Source: Pachysolen tannophilus NRRL Y-2460 (Eukaryota). Taken from it: a stretch of DNA of 64,000 nucleotides. The position numbers and the translations under genes were made by a program. Below the pieces are notes generated by a model. That model had not been told where the DNA came from and ran no database searches. It saw only the letters and a list, made by a program, of their open reading frames with translations. Location: positions 124,001 to 188,000 of the forward strand of contig KV454017.1 of NCBI GenBank assembly GCA_001661245.1, read 5' to 3'. Below are positions 20,518-30,729 of the stretch, piece by piece (position 1 is the stretch's first letter; every line of letters starts with the position of its first letter).

Positions 20518-21972
20518 TCATCCTGTGGCAGTGGTGATGTTATTGTTTTCTGGGTGAGTTGCGTGCAAGTCGCTGGTTTTTGCTTGTATTAAATTTGTTT
20601 TAATATTGTTGGATTCGCAACCGGGACAATTATGTAAAATTTCATGGATAAAGACATCACAGTCTATACAGAAATCGTTATGGCAATTGGGGCATCTATA
20701 GCGAGAGCTGGTAATAAGCTCCTTCTTGCTCTTATTACCGTTTGTTGTGACGTTTCCGATGCTAACAGAGTTTCCTGAAGGTACAGCTTCCGGGAATTCT
20801 GTTTGACAACCAAAACAGTTGTAAGCATCATATTGTTCACTTTTGGGCAACTCGTTAAACAATTTTAAAGGAAACAAATGGTGGTAGGACCTGGCCAAAT
20901 GTGTGGACAAGATAAGCATCATGTTACAACATGGACATATTGCAGGTAATGAACAAATTTTTGATGAACAATTGGGACATATATAACCACCATAGACTAA
21001 TTTAGAATGACATGAACAGAAAGTTGGCGAGTTTTCAGAGACTCTTGAAGGAAACCCCATTTTAACTAAAGTGAATCCTTTTGTTTGTTGAGAAATTGAT
21101 TTTGTTATAGCCACTGGTGTAACAGCTTCCATTAATAATTCTTTAAAATGTGCTTCATTTAAAATAATTCCATATGAAGATTCATCTCCAAAATTTGTTT
21201 TTTTACAAATTTCTTTACATATGGCAACTTGAGCTGTTAAACCAATTATTCTAACTCTAATTTTTTCTTTTACTAAAGATTGAATAGTCTTGTGTACATC
21301 TCCAGGATCAGAAGTTAATAATGCACCAAATATAATCAATACTTCTCTTGTAGAATGTGAAGCAACATGCATTAGTAAGCCTCTTGCCATCTCTAAAACA
21401 TTTTGTAAAGTCGGATCACCTTGAGGCTCTAATCTTCTCATTGATTTCAACAGTTCAATATGATCATTAGGATTACCACTAACTTCACTAACCAACGTAG
21501 CCAACCCATTTCTCATTATAACTATACCCAATTGTGAAATAGGATTCTGATCAAAATATTCATTTACAAATTCAATAGCATATAAAATGGTTAATGAAGC
21601 TCTATTAGGTCTTAAATCTTTTTCAGCCATTACCAGTGAAAAATCTAAAACTAATATTAAAGTTCTAATAATACCTCTTTGAAAAGGAGTCACATTCTTC
21701 AAATATCTTTTCTTTCTTGCCTCCACTAATCCAGACACTATTGTCTCTAAACTTCCAGCCTCATCTTCCTTCACTATATCCCAACTCCTCTGGTAATCAT
21801 CTTCCCATGAATATCCACCTCCATTACCTGCAGCAAGTTTTCTATTTTGACTAGAATCTCCTCCACCTGTCTTACGCCTCGTTCTATTGGATATTCCTGG
21901 TCTACTATCATGATTAGAGTTCTTCACAGGTGAAGACAATTCACCAATATACTCATCATCAGATTCATCCAT
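20518..21972 (-). CDS. SSL1: TFIIH p44 subunit Ssl1
   Basis: GYSWEDDYQRSWD, TPFQRGIIR, FDQNPISQLG, vWA domain plus C4 and RING-like zinc fingers, HEILHNCPGCES. Confidence 0.97.
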   Translation of the reverse strand: MDESDDEYIGELSSPVKNSNHDSRPGISNRTRRKTGGGDSSQNRKLAAGNGGGYSWEDDYQRSWDIVKEDEAGSLETIVSGLVEARKKRYLKNVTPFQRGIIRTLILVLDFSLVMAEKDLRPNRASLTILYAIEFVNEYFDQNPISQLGIVIMRNGLATLVSEVSGNPNDHIELLKSMRRLEPQGDPTLQNVLEMARGLLMHVASHSTREVLIIFGALLTSDPGDVHKTIQSLVKEKIRVRIIGLTAQVAICKEICKKTNFGDESSYGIILNEAHFKELLMEAVTPVAITKSISQQTKGFTLVKMGFPSRVSENSPTFCSCHSKLVYGGYICPNCSSKICSLPAICPCCNMMLILSTHLARSYHHLFPLKLFNELPKSEQYDAYNCFGCQTEFPEAVPSGNSVSIGNVTTNGNKSKKELITSSRYRCPNCHNDFCIDCDVFIHEILHNCPGCESNNIKTNLIQAKTSDLHATHPENNNITTATG

Positions 21973-22287
21973 CTTAAACCCAAAAACGTTGCCAAATTAA
22001 TTCGATGATTTATAAAATGTTCGTGATTTTTTGCTATATATATATATATATAAATAAAAAATAGTACATTTAATTACATATATATATTGACACGGTATAA
22101 TAACCATACAAAGAATACTTTACGACGAGATATAACAAAACAATAATGGAAATGCAATTTAATATTCCTATCTAACCTTGGTATATAATAATAATAATAA
22201 CAATAATAACAATAACAAAAAAAAAAAAAAGCTGTTGATTGAAAAGTTCACTTATAATAAATGTGCGTAGTAAAAAATTTAATTTTT

Positions 22288-24294
22288 TTAAACAGGAACT
22301 TCCCTACCAACAGCAAAACTAATTAACAAGTAAGTATTTAAAAAACTAATAAATGCCCAAACTAATATAGCAAGAACCGTTGTAATTGGTCCATTGCTCA
22401 TGTCTTTATATTGAATTGGTTCTTCATCTTCTTCGACAACTCTATCTGCCCCGATTGTATCTGCTCCAGTTATAATATCATCTTCAAGATTGAGTGAATC
22501 ATCATCATCATCATCATCAGCATCATCAGCATCAACATCAGCAGCACTGTTTCTACTAACTAAAGTTTCTGTTAAATCATCCATCAGTACATTTTCATAA
22601 CCATTTCTTGTTCTTTTCTTTATTTTCCTGTTTATATTGCAACTTCTATTAAGTGGTACTCTCATTATTTTTTTATTACAAGAAAAATAAATTAAAGGAG
22701 CAGAAACAAATGGTAATAATAAACTTAATATAACTTGAGACAGGTTCAAAGCTGCAGATAAACCTTTTCTACCACTAACCAATACTAAAATTAAACAAGG
22801 TGTAATAGCTACAGCTCTTGTTAATAATCTTCTTAGAGTAGGAGGTAATGTCCAATGTAAAAAACCTTCACTAACCATTTGACCTGCTAAAGTACATACA
22901 ATTCCTGCAGATTGTCCTGATAATAATAATGCCAGAGCATAAACTGACCCAGCAGTTTTAGAAAGATATTTCGATAATAAATCATAAATGGTAAACAAGT
23001 CAGCTTCTGAAGTAGAAACATCTTCATCTGTATTGACACCAATTGTTGAACCTGCAACAATTAATATAGCAGAATTGACAAAAAGTGCTACTGTAAACAA
23101 GGAAATAACTAATTCTGCAATACTATAGGACATTGTATCACGGATTGCCAGTAATGAAGGACGATAAGTTAAATAAATTTCTTGATCTTCATCAATTTCT
23201 TCTTCTTCTTCTTGATCTTCTTCTTGATCTTCATTTTCTAAATTGTTTAAAGATATTTTCTTATTAGGAGGAATATAATTTCCAGCTTTTTCATCATATG
23301 ATCTTAACCTTGATTGAACTAAACCTGAACCCAAATATAAAGAATGAGGCATTACAGTAGCACCTAATATTGCTAAACTTAAATATAATCCATCACCAAC
23401 AACAACATCTTGAGAAGGTAAAAAACCTGTCATAACATCTTTAAAAGAAGTCATTGAAGAAACTTCAAATAATTCAATTGCAAAACAAATTACAGTTGAT
23501 GCTACTAATAATGTAACAAATCCTTCAAAAATTCTTATAATAAGCATTGGACCATTTGGTCTATAAGCCATTAATACAACCAAAACATCTATAACAGTTA
23601 ATATAACTCCAAAAATTAAAGGGATATTAAATAAAATATTTAACAGAATCAGTGTACCAACAACTTCTGCTAAATCTGTCAGAATAATTGCAATTTCAGT
23701 TAGTATATAAATTGTAATATTTAATTTTTTCGGTAAATGTTCTCTACAATTTTGTGCTAAATCTAAACCTGTAACTGAACCAACTTTTATACATAATACT
23801 TGTAAAAAACATGCTAATAAATTTGATATCAATATACTAAATAATAATTTATATTTATGACTAAAACCAGCACTTACAGAAGTTGAATAATTACCTGGAT
23901 CCAAATATGCAACACTAACAAGGATTCCCGGACCTATGAAACGTAAATATTTTTTAAAAACTTCAAGTAATTTTTTAAATAATATAACCAATTTATTTTC
24001 TGATTGTATAAAAGTTTCATCACCAATTGAAAGTACTTCTTCTTCTTCATCATCATCTACTTGTTGTAAATTATGATGTACCTTAGATGATTTTTTCAAA
24101 TTTCGAGTTCTTTTTCTATCCCCCCGACTTTTTTTTGTAGAACTATTAATATCATTATCCAACACCGACTCCCCATTTAAATCCATATCCGCTACTGTTG
24201 ATGATTCAGTTGTATGAGATGATGTTACACTTTCATTCATCTCATGTAATAAATCAGTAAGCGGTGTCTTTGAATGATCTTTTGGAAAATTCAT
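22288..24294 (-). CDS. SMF2: NRAMP divalent metal (Mn) transporter
   Basis: FIGPGILVSVAYLDPGNYST, TGLDLAQNC, GATVMPHSLYLGS, TLAGQMVSEGF; best resembles Smf2; ATG 24294. Confidence 0.85.
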   Translation of the reverse strand: MNFPKDHSKTPLTDLLHEMNESVTSSHTTESSTVADMDLNGESVLDNDINSSTKKSRGDRKRTRNLKKSSKVHHNLQQVDDDEEEEVLSIGDETFIQSENKLVILFKKLLEVFKKYLRFIGPGILVSVAYLDPGNYSTSVSAGFSHKYKLLFSILISNLLACFLQVLCIKVGSVTGLDLAQNCREHLPKKLNITIYILTEIAIILTDLAEVVGTLILLNILFNIPLIFGVILTVIDVLVVLMAYRPNGPMLIIRIFEGFVTLLVASTVICFAIELFEVSSMTSFKDVMTGFLPSQDVVVGDGLYLSLAILGATVMPHSLYLGSGLVQSRLRSYDEKAGNYIPPNKKISLNNLENEDQEEDQEEEEEIDEDQEIYLTYRPSLLAIRDTMSYSIAELVISLFTVALFVNSAILIVAGSTIGVNTDEDVSTSEADLFTIYDLLSKYLSKTAGSVYALALLLSGQSAGIVCTLAGQMVSEGFLHWTLPPTLRRLLTRAVAITPCLILVLVSGRKGLSAALNLSQVILSLLLPFVSAPLIYFSCNKKIMRVPLNRSCNINRKIKKRTRNGYENVLMDDLTETLVSRNSAADVDADDADDDDDDDSLNLEDDIITGADTIGADRVVEEDEEPIQYKDMSNGPITTVLAILVWAFISFLNTYLLISFAVGREVPV

Positions 24295-25248
24295 TTTTTC
24301 TTTTTTCTTTCTTTTTTTTTGGCTTTCCAATATATAGAAAAAAAATTATATTTACTATTGAAAACTTGAAATTTGTATAGGTTTACAAAAACTTTAAAAG
24401 AAAAAACAAAAAAAAAACACAAAATCACTATCTTTTTTTCCTTTAAAAAACCAATAAAGATAAATAAAATAAGCGAAAAGCAATTAAAATGAAAATAATT
24501 GAAATAGAAATAAAATCAATGCAATTTATAGTAATAATTAATATTAATTGTATTTGTATTTGTATAAGTATAGTTTAACAAAAATGCTTTTTACCTAGTT
24601 ATTTCTTGCCGGGATGACAGCGAACCTTTAAAAGAAAAACAAAAAAACAAAAAACAAACAAACAAACAAACAAAAACAAACAAAAACACCAAGGTTTAAA
24701 TATATATATATATATATATATAGATATATAGACTTTGACTTTTCAATAAACCAAAGACTCAATTTGTAAATAAACTGATGATATTTTCTTTTATTAAAAA
24801 AAAAAAAAATTTAGTAAATTTATTGTAATAATTATATAGTATAAATTAATCTTAACTTTTTTTGCTTTTGTTTTAACGCTGAAAAAGAGTTTTTTTTTCT
24901 TTTTTCCTCTTTTGAAGAAAGAAATTTGCGGAAAAAATACAAGCTAGAAACAGCCCCAAATTGCATCATCATCATCTCTAGCATACACACATGGCCCCTA
25001 TGTGTAACAGCCCTAGTAGTTTTTTAAAAAACTTTCAAGAGCCCCTAAAAATAAAATTACCTGTTTCGTAAATTAATACTTTCAAACACTACCATGTTTA
25101 ATTTTCTTTTTTTTTATATAAAAAACTATGTGAAAAACTGAAAAAAATTTTTTTTTTCTTTCTTATATAGTAAGAAAGAGAAACACATTTAGTTAGTAAG
25201 TAGAGTGAATAGAGTGAGCGAGTGGATTTGTGTTTTTTTTTTTTGGGG

Positions 25249-26363
25249 ATGGTAGATTTTAAAGGAAAGTTGGTTCTTGCGCCTATGGTTAGAATAGGAG
25301 AACTTCCTACGAGGTTATTGGCATTAAAATATGGATGTGATTTAGTATGGGGTCCTGAGATTATTGATAAGAAAATTTTAACATGTGAAAGATTTGAAAA
25401 TGAAAAATTAAATACTATTGATTTTTTATCAACTAAGAATCAAAATTCTGGATCTAAAAATAATGAAAATTTTTCTAATTTAGTATTTAGAACTTATCCA
25501 TTAATTGAAAAAGATAAATTAATTTTTCAAATGGGTACTTCAAATCCTGATCTTGCTGTTTCTGCTGCAAAAATTATTATTAATGATGTTAGTGGTATTG
25601 ATATTAATGCTGGTTGTCCAAAACATTTTTCAATTCATAGTGGTATGGGCGCTGCTTTACTTTCCACTCCAGAATTATTACAAACAATTCTTAAAAGACT
25701 TGTTGAAGAAGTTGGTAAACCAAATAAAAAACCAATTAGTGTTAAAATACGACTTTTACCAACAAGAGAAGAATCATTAAATTTAATTTCAAAATTACTT
25801 ACAACAGGAATATCAAATTTAACTTTACATTGTAGAACAAAGACAATGAGAAATAGAGAACCTCCAATAAGAGATTATTTAAAAGAAATTATAGAAAAAT
25901 GTAATGAACATAATGTAAATTTTATAATAAATGGTGATATAAAATCTAGAAAAGATTTTTTTTTTTACAATCTCAATATGGAAAATCTATTGGTTGTATG
26001 ATTGCTAGTGCTGCTGAATTAAATCCAACTTGTTTTAATGAATTTGGTGAATTACCTTGGTATATTACATGTAAAGAATTTATTAAATTATGTGATCAAT
26101 TTGAAAATCATAAAGGAAATACAAAATATTGTTTAACAAGAATGATACCAAGTGGTAAATCTAAATTTTCAAAAAAATTACATGATTTAATATCAAGAGC
26201 AAAAACTCATGATGAAATTAAAAAAATAATTTTACAAGATTTAAATGAAAATGATATCTTAAAAGAACAAGATATTAAAAAAAGAAATATACAACATGAT
26301 TATTCACAACCAAATTCTTTTAAAAAGATAAAAGTTGGCACTACTGGTGATGATGAAACATAA
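25249..26363 (+). CDS. SMM1: tRNA-dihydrouridine(20) synthase Dus2, split by frameshift at T11 run 25956-25966
   Basis: LVLAPMVRIGELPTRLLAL, GIDINAGCPKHFSIHSGMGAALL; second frame continues LQSQYGKSIGCMIASAAELNPTCF...NTKYCL. Confidence 0.9.
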
Positions 26364-26705
26364 AACATAATAAGCACAAATATATACATTACTTTTTTTT
26401 TTTTTTTTTTTTTTTTTTCTTTTTTTCTTTTATATATAAAGTGTTAAAGGCATGTTCTATGTACAAATCAACAAGAAAGAAAAGAAAAATAACATCATAG
26501 AAAAGGGGGAAGAAAATCCAACATACATATTAATCATGACATTAAGATAAAAACAGAGCAGAAAAAAGATTCTAATAATAATAATAAAAAAGAAATATTT
26601 TTTTTTTCTCTCTCTCTCTTTCTCTTTCTTTTTCTCTTTTCTTTTTTTTATAATAGAAGATAATAATAAAAAAAAAAAAAAATGCACATCTCTTAAGGAA
26701 AAGTA

Positions 26706-27422
26706 TTATGATAATATGGATTTAAGACCGCACCAAACTGCCGCTGTAGCAGCCATCAATGCAGAACTAATTCCCATTGGTCTTAGTCCTTTACTACTTT
26801 TAAACAATGCTCCTGCTAATGCACCTGCAGTTATTGAATTCAAAGCATCATGCTTACCTCTTAAACCATCAATACTCGAATTAATCAAATTATATGTCAA
26901 TGCCAAGACACCAGCAGAATTACCTAAAAATGGACCTCTTTTAGTAATAGAATTTAAAACAGTATTTAATTTTAATTTTGCAGGAGCATTTTGTGGCATC
27001 TTTGATAAACCTTCAGATAATCCATATGCACCCCCAGTACCTAAACCCAAGAGATACACAGCACCAGTACCATAACATAAATCATCAGTCCAACCTCTAG
27101 AAGGAATTAAACCTTGAGAACCTTCCATATTAGACAATTGTTCATCTTCAAGATCAAGATATTCAATTCCTTTATCCAATCCAGCTAATGGATGTAATTT
27201 TGAAGCATCAAACCCAGTAGAACCCGATATAATATTACTAACATCATTAATCGATGATGGATCAAAACCTAAAGTTTCCTTTAAAGATTCTTGTGATATA
27301 TTATTATTATTGTTGTTATTATTATTGTTATTATTATTACTGCTACTGCTGCTGCTACTGGTATTTTCAAGTTGCCTCTGATCTTGAGTATCCTGTTTTT
27401 TACCACCAAATATCCATGACAT
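26706..27422 (-). CDS. TIM23: Mitochondrial inner membrane translocase Tim23
   Basis: LHPLAGLDKGIEYLDL, GSQGLIPSRGWTDDLCYGTG, TKRGPFLGNSAG. Confidence 0.98.
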   Translation of the reverse strand: MSWIFGGKKQDTQDQRQLENTSSSSSSSNNNNNNNNNNNNNISQESLKETLGFDPSSINDVSNIISGSTGFDASKLHPLAGLDKGIEYLDLEDEQLSNMEGSQGLIPSRGWTDDLCYGTGAVYLLGLGTGGAYGLSEGLSKMPQNAPAKLKLNTVLNSITKRGPFLGNSAGVLALTYNLINSSIDGLRGKHDALNSITAGALAGALFKSSKGLRPMGISSALMAATAAVWCGLKSILS

Positions 27423-28231
27423 GATTCACTTTTCAAAAATTATACTAATAATATATTTACAAAAAATACAACTTTGGATTCCTAATTCTTTTTTTTTTTA
27501 AAAAAACTTTAGAATGACTGGCCACCATTCAATACACTTTATCAAAACTTCTTGTATGAATTTTTCTTTGTTTCTTCCATAAAATTTTTCAAAAAAAAAA
27601 AAAAAAATTGATGAAACTTGTTGACACGTCAAAAAACAGAGGAAAAAAAAAGAGAACAAGAAAAAAATGGCAGAAAGAACGTATTAACCAGTAAGTAAAT
27701 AAAATACTTTTTTGAGGAGGAAAAATGAAATCTGAAGGCACTGAGAATAGGAAACTCGAAACAGATGAATCCTTTGAGAAGATATAGATACTGGGTTTAA
27801 AAAAAAAAACTGGAAACAAGAAAAAGGTCATAAATGTATGACCAATTGTAGATAATTAACTTCCATCAACTAACTATTACTTTTATAATTATGGTTAAAT
27901 TTTATTACGTTTGATTACCCTTTTGGGAGTTTTTGGATATTATTGCACTACTTGTGTCTTTTTGTACTTTTTTTTTTTTTTCGAATTTCCTTTTTAAGAT
28001 CTCTCATCGATGCTGGAAAATGTTCTGTTTCTGCAATATTATGCATAATAGTAGGGTTAGTACCCATGATAACAAATCTTTTAGATGATCAGTAACAACA
28101 GATTATAAAAAATAATCCAAGAGAAGATGATGATGAGGTGATATATAAATGGAGACAAGACGGGATGGGGATCTCAAATTACTTTCCCCTTTTGAGTTAT
28201 ACTTTATTTTTTTTTTTGTGTTTCTTCAGTT

Positions 28232-29413
28232 ATGCCGGTTTTTAAGAATCTTTTTGTAAAAGACAAGTCTACCAGAGGTGTTATTAAACCTGCGTTCCCC
28301 ATTTATGGTCCGGAACATAGGTCTATTGTAACACCAATGAGAAGACCTTCTAACATTGATGCAGTCTTGGATAAGTACTGGAATGTTTCACATGCTTCGC
28401 AGCAGGAACTAGAAAGTGCAGGTGGTACTACAACTACAACTGGAACTGAGTCTGAGATTGAAACTGCTTCAATTTTAGAAAATTTTAGAAATTATTCCAC
28501 AATTTTCTTTGAAGATGATTCCAATAACGAATCAATGAGTCAAAATTGGAATCAGGATCCACAAACAGAAGATTGGAATTCAATGAATTCAATGAATTCT
28601 GGTACAACTTCCGGTACAAGTTCAAGATTGATTTCAAAAAATGAACCTGTTGAAGAGACAGAACTGGATTTAAGTTCAATTGTGTTTATTGATGGCTCAG
28701 ACGTATTTTGTAGTAATAGTCTGGAAGTGGATACCACCATGTTTGGATTAACAGAACAAGATTATCAGACCACACATGAGGATGTAATCACCGATTCCAC
28801 AATAGATACAGAATATAAAAATGAACATATGAATAAAGAAGAAGATGAAGATGAAGATGAAGAAGAAGAAGAAGAAGAAGAAAATCCAAACAAACCATTA
28901 ATTCCTTTAAACACGAAGTGTTCATTCAAACCAGTTTGTTTTAAATATTCACCAAGAATCTACGAATTGACAAATTTAGAAAATCGAGTATTAAAGATAT
29001 TAGACCAACAATTAAGAATAACTTGTGGTGATGAAATAGTAGATAATTTCCCACGCTACTTACCCGCATACGATGCTTTCTATGATGATTTCCAATACGC
29101 ATTCAACAGTAGTGCATCTAGCTTTTTAAGTAATAATACTTCTTCAAATAGTTCGCATACAATCTCTTCAGGTTCAAGTTCATTATATAATCAATATAGT
29201 ATTGATTACCCCAAGGTACCAACATTTTTTACTCAAACAAGTTATCAACAATTCCAACATAAACTTTTTGTTTGTATTGCAAATATTGAAGAAAATAAGA
29301 GAAGAAGAAGAGCCGTTTGTAATTCCAATATGAAGTATACGCTCAATACTAAAAATAATTGTAACCAGAAAATTACATTTCATTCCATGAAGAATAATAT
29401 TGGTGTTTTTTAA
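28232..29413 (+). CDS. Uncharacterised acidic/Ser-rich protein (orphan-like)
   Basis: 393-codon ATG ORF; TATA-like TATATAAA near 28142; no family recognised. Confidence 0.65.
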   Translation: MPVFKNLFVKDKSTRGVIKPAFPIYGPEHRSIVTPMRRPSNIDAVLDKYWNVSHASQQELESAGGTTTTTGTESEIETASILENFRNYSTIFFEDDSNNESMSQNWNQDPQTEDWNSMNSMNSGTTSGTSSRLISKNEPVEETELDLSSIVFIDGSDVFCSNSLEVDTTMFGLTEQDYQTTHEDVITDSTIDTEYKNEHMNKEEDEDEDEEEEEEEENPNKPLIPLNTKCSFKPVCFKYSPRIYELTNLENRVLKILDQQLRITCGDEIVDNFPRYLPAYDAFYDDFQYAFNSSASSFLSNNTSSNSSHTISSGSSSLYNQYSIDYPKVPTFFTQTSYQQFQHKLFVCIANIEENKRRRRAVCNSNMKYTLNTKNNCNQKITFHSMKNNIGVF

Positions 29414-29612
29414 ACACATAAATGCTTTCTTTACCAGGGCAAATAGGCCGAACAAAGTCCAAGTTGACCGGAAAAAAAGTCCAGCTTCTTCTTCCCCTTT
29501 CCGGGCCCGCCTACTATTTTTTTTTTTTTTTTTTTTTAATTTTTTTTTGTTATTTGTTTTGTTTCCCTGCCTTCCCAGTCTTATTGTCGCTTTGCGCGCG
29601 AAATTACTTTAC

Positions 29613-29622
29613 TTGACGTCAA
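29613..29622. promoter_or_regulatory. CRE (ATF/CREB-type) palindrome upstream of ACC1
   Basis: TTGACGTCAA, next to GCGCGCG and CCGGGCCCG GC-rich elements. Confidence 0.5.
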
Positions 29623-30196
29623 TAAAGTTGCATGAAGGTTGGGATATATTTTTGTTGGGATCTTTATTTTCAACAAACAATATTGATTATTTATACACGT
29701 TAAATCAAAATATTAAGCAGTAATAGACAAATTAATACTTTCAAATAGATAAAAATCTGTAATAAACTGTACCTTCAACTCAAATTTTTAACGAATTTTT
29801 TCTTTTTTGTTTTTTTTTTTGTCTTTTTAGATGAGATCAAAAAGCTAGTTATTTATACAAAAGAATTTCCTCAAGTTTGAAGTTTGAAGTTTTAAGAAGA
29901 AGAAGAAGAATTTGAAAAAAAAAAAAAATTGTCCAACCACATATTGTTTTTATTTTCTTTTCTTTCTATTTATCTTTGTTTGTTTTATAGATATAAAATA
30001 GAATTGCGATACCTAATTACTGGATTATTATTATAGTTTGTTTATCTGTCAATTTATTTATATTTTTGTTGTTTTTTTTTTTTTTTTTTTTTTTTTTTTT
30101 GTAACAAGGGAAGAAGAAGAAGAAGAAGAAGACAACAAACAATAAACATTCAAAATTTTAAATATTGACTTGTCTTATTTGTTCAAGGTTTAATAG

Positions 30197-30536
30197 GTAT
30201 GTATTATAACAGCGGTTAACAATTCCAACATTATATATCAACACTCTTTTTTGGGATAAACTTCTTTTATACTTTTAAATTTTTTTTTTTTTTTTTTTTT
30301 TTTTTTGAGATGTTTTGTATTTTTACCGCCGTTATAAATTAGTGCGAAAAATTATTAAATTTCAACATTTTTTAAATTTTATTAAAAAGGAAAAAATTGG
30401 GTACCACATCAAGAGTGTGATAGCAAAAGAATTTTTTAAAATAAAGCTGTAAAATGCTTTTTTAGTTTATGTTGTATTTGTTGTGTCATGTTTTAAAGTA
30501 TAAAGTAACCGCCACTAACAAACAAGTACAATTTAG
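30197..30536 (+). other. Spliceosomal intron upstream of the cytosolic ACC1 start
   Basis: GTATGT 30197, CACTAAC 30513, TTTAG 30536. Confidence 0.8.
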
Positions 30537-30689
30537 CCAATTCTTTAATTTTACAACTAGATATAATATTATTAGCAGTCAAGGCGGTTTCATTTGTAAA
30601 AGATTATTTTCAATAGAAACAGCGCGTAGAGGGAAATATTTTGCTCAAAAATATAATAATAACAAGAAATACCTAAAATATAAATATAA

Positions 30690-30727
<38 letters not shown>

Positions 30728-30729
30728 TC

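Noticed and set aside
27611..28229. Short ATG exon with GTAAGT at 27690 splicing into the 28232 ORF
   Set aside because: Splicing to CAG 28229 is out of frame; no convincing branch point near the acceptor
30469..30536. ORF-track start of ACC1 (MLYLLCHV)
   Set aside because: Lies inside the predicted intron 30197-30536
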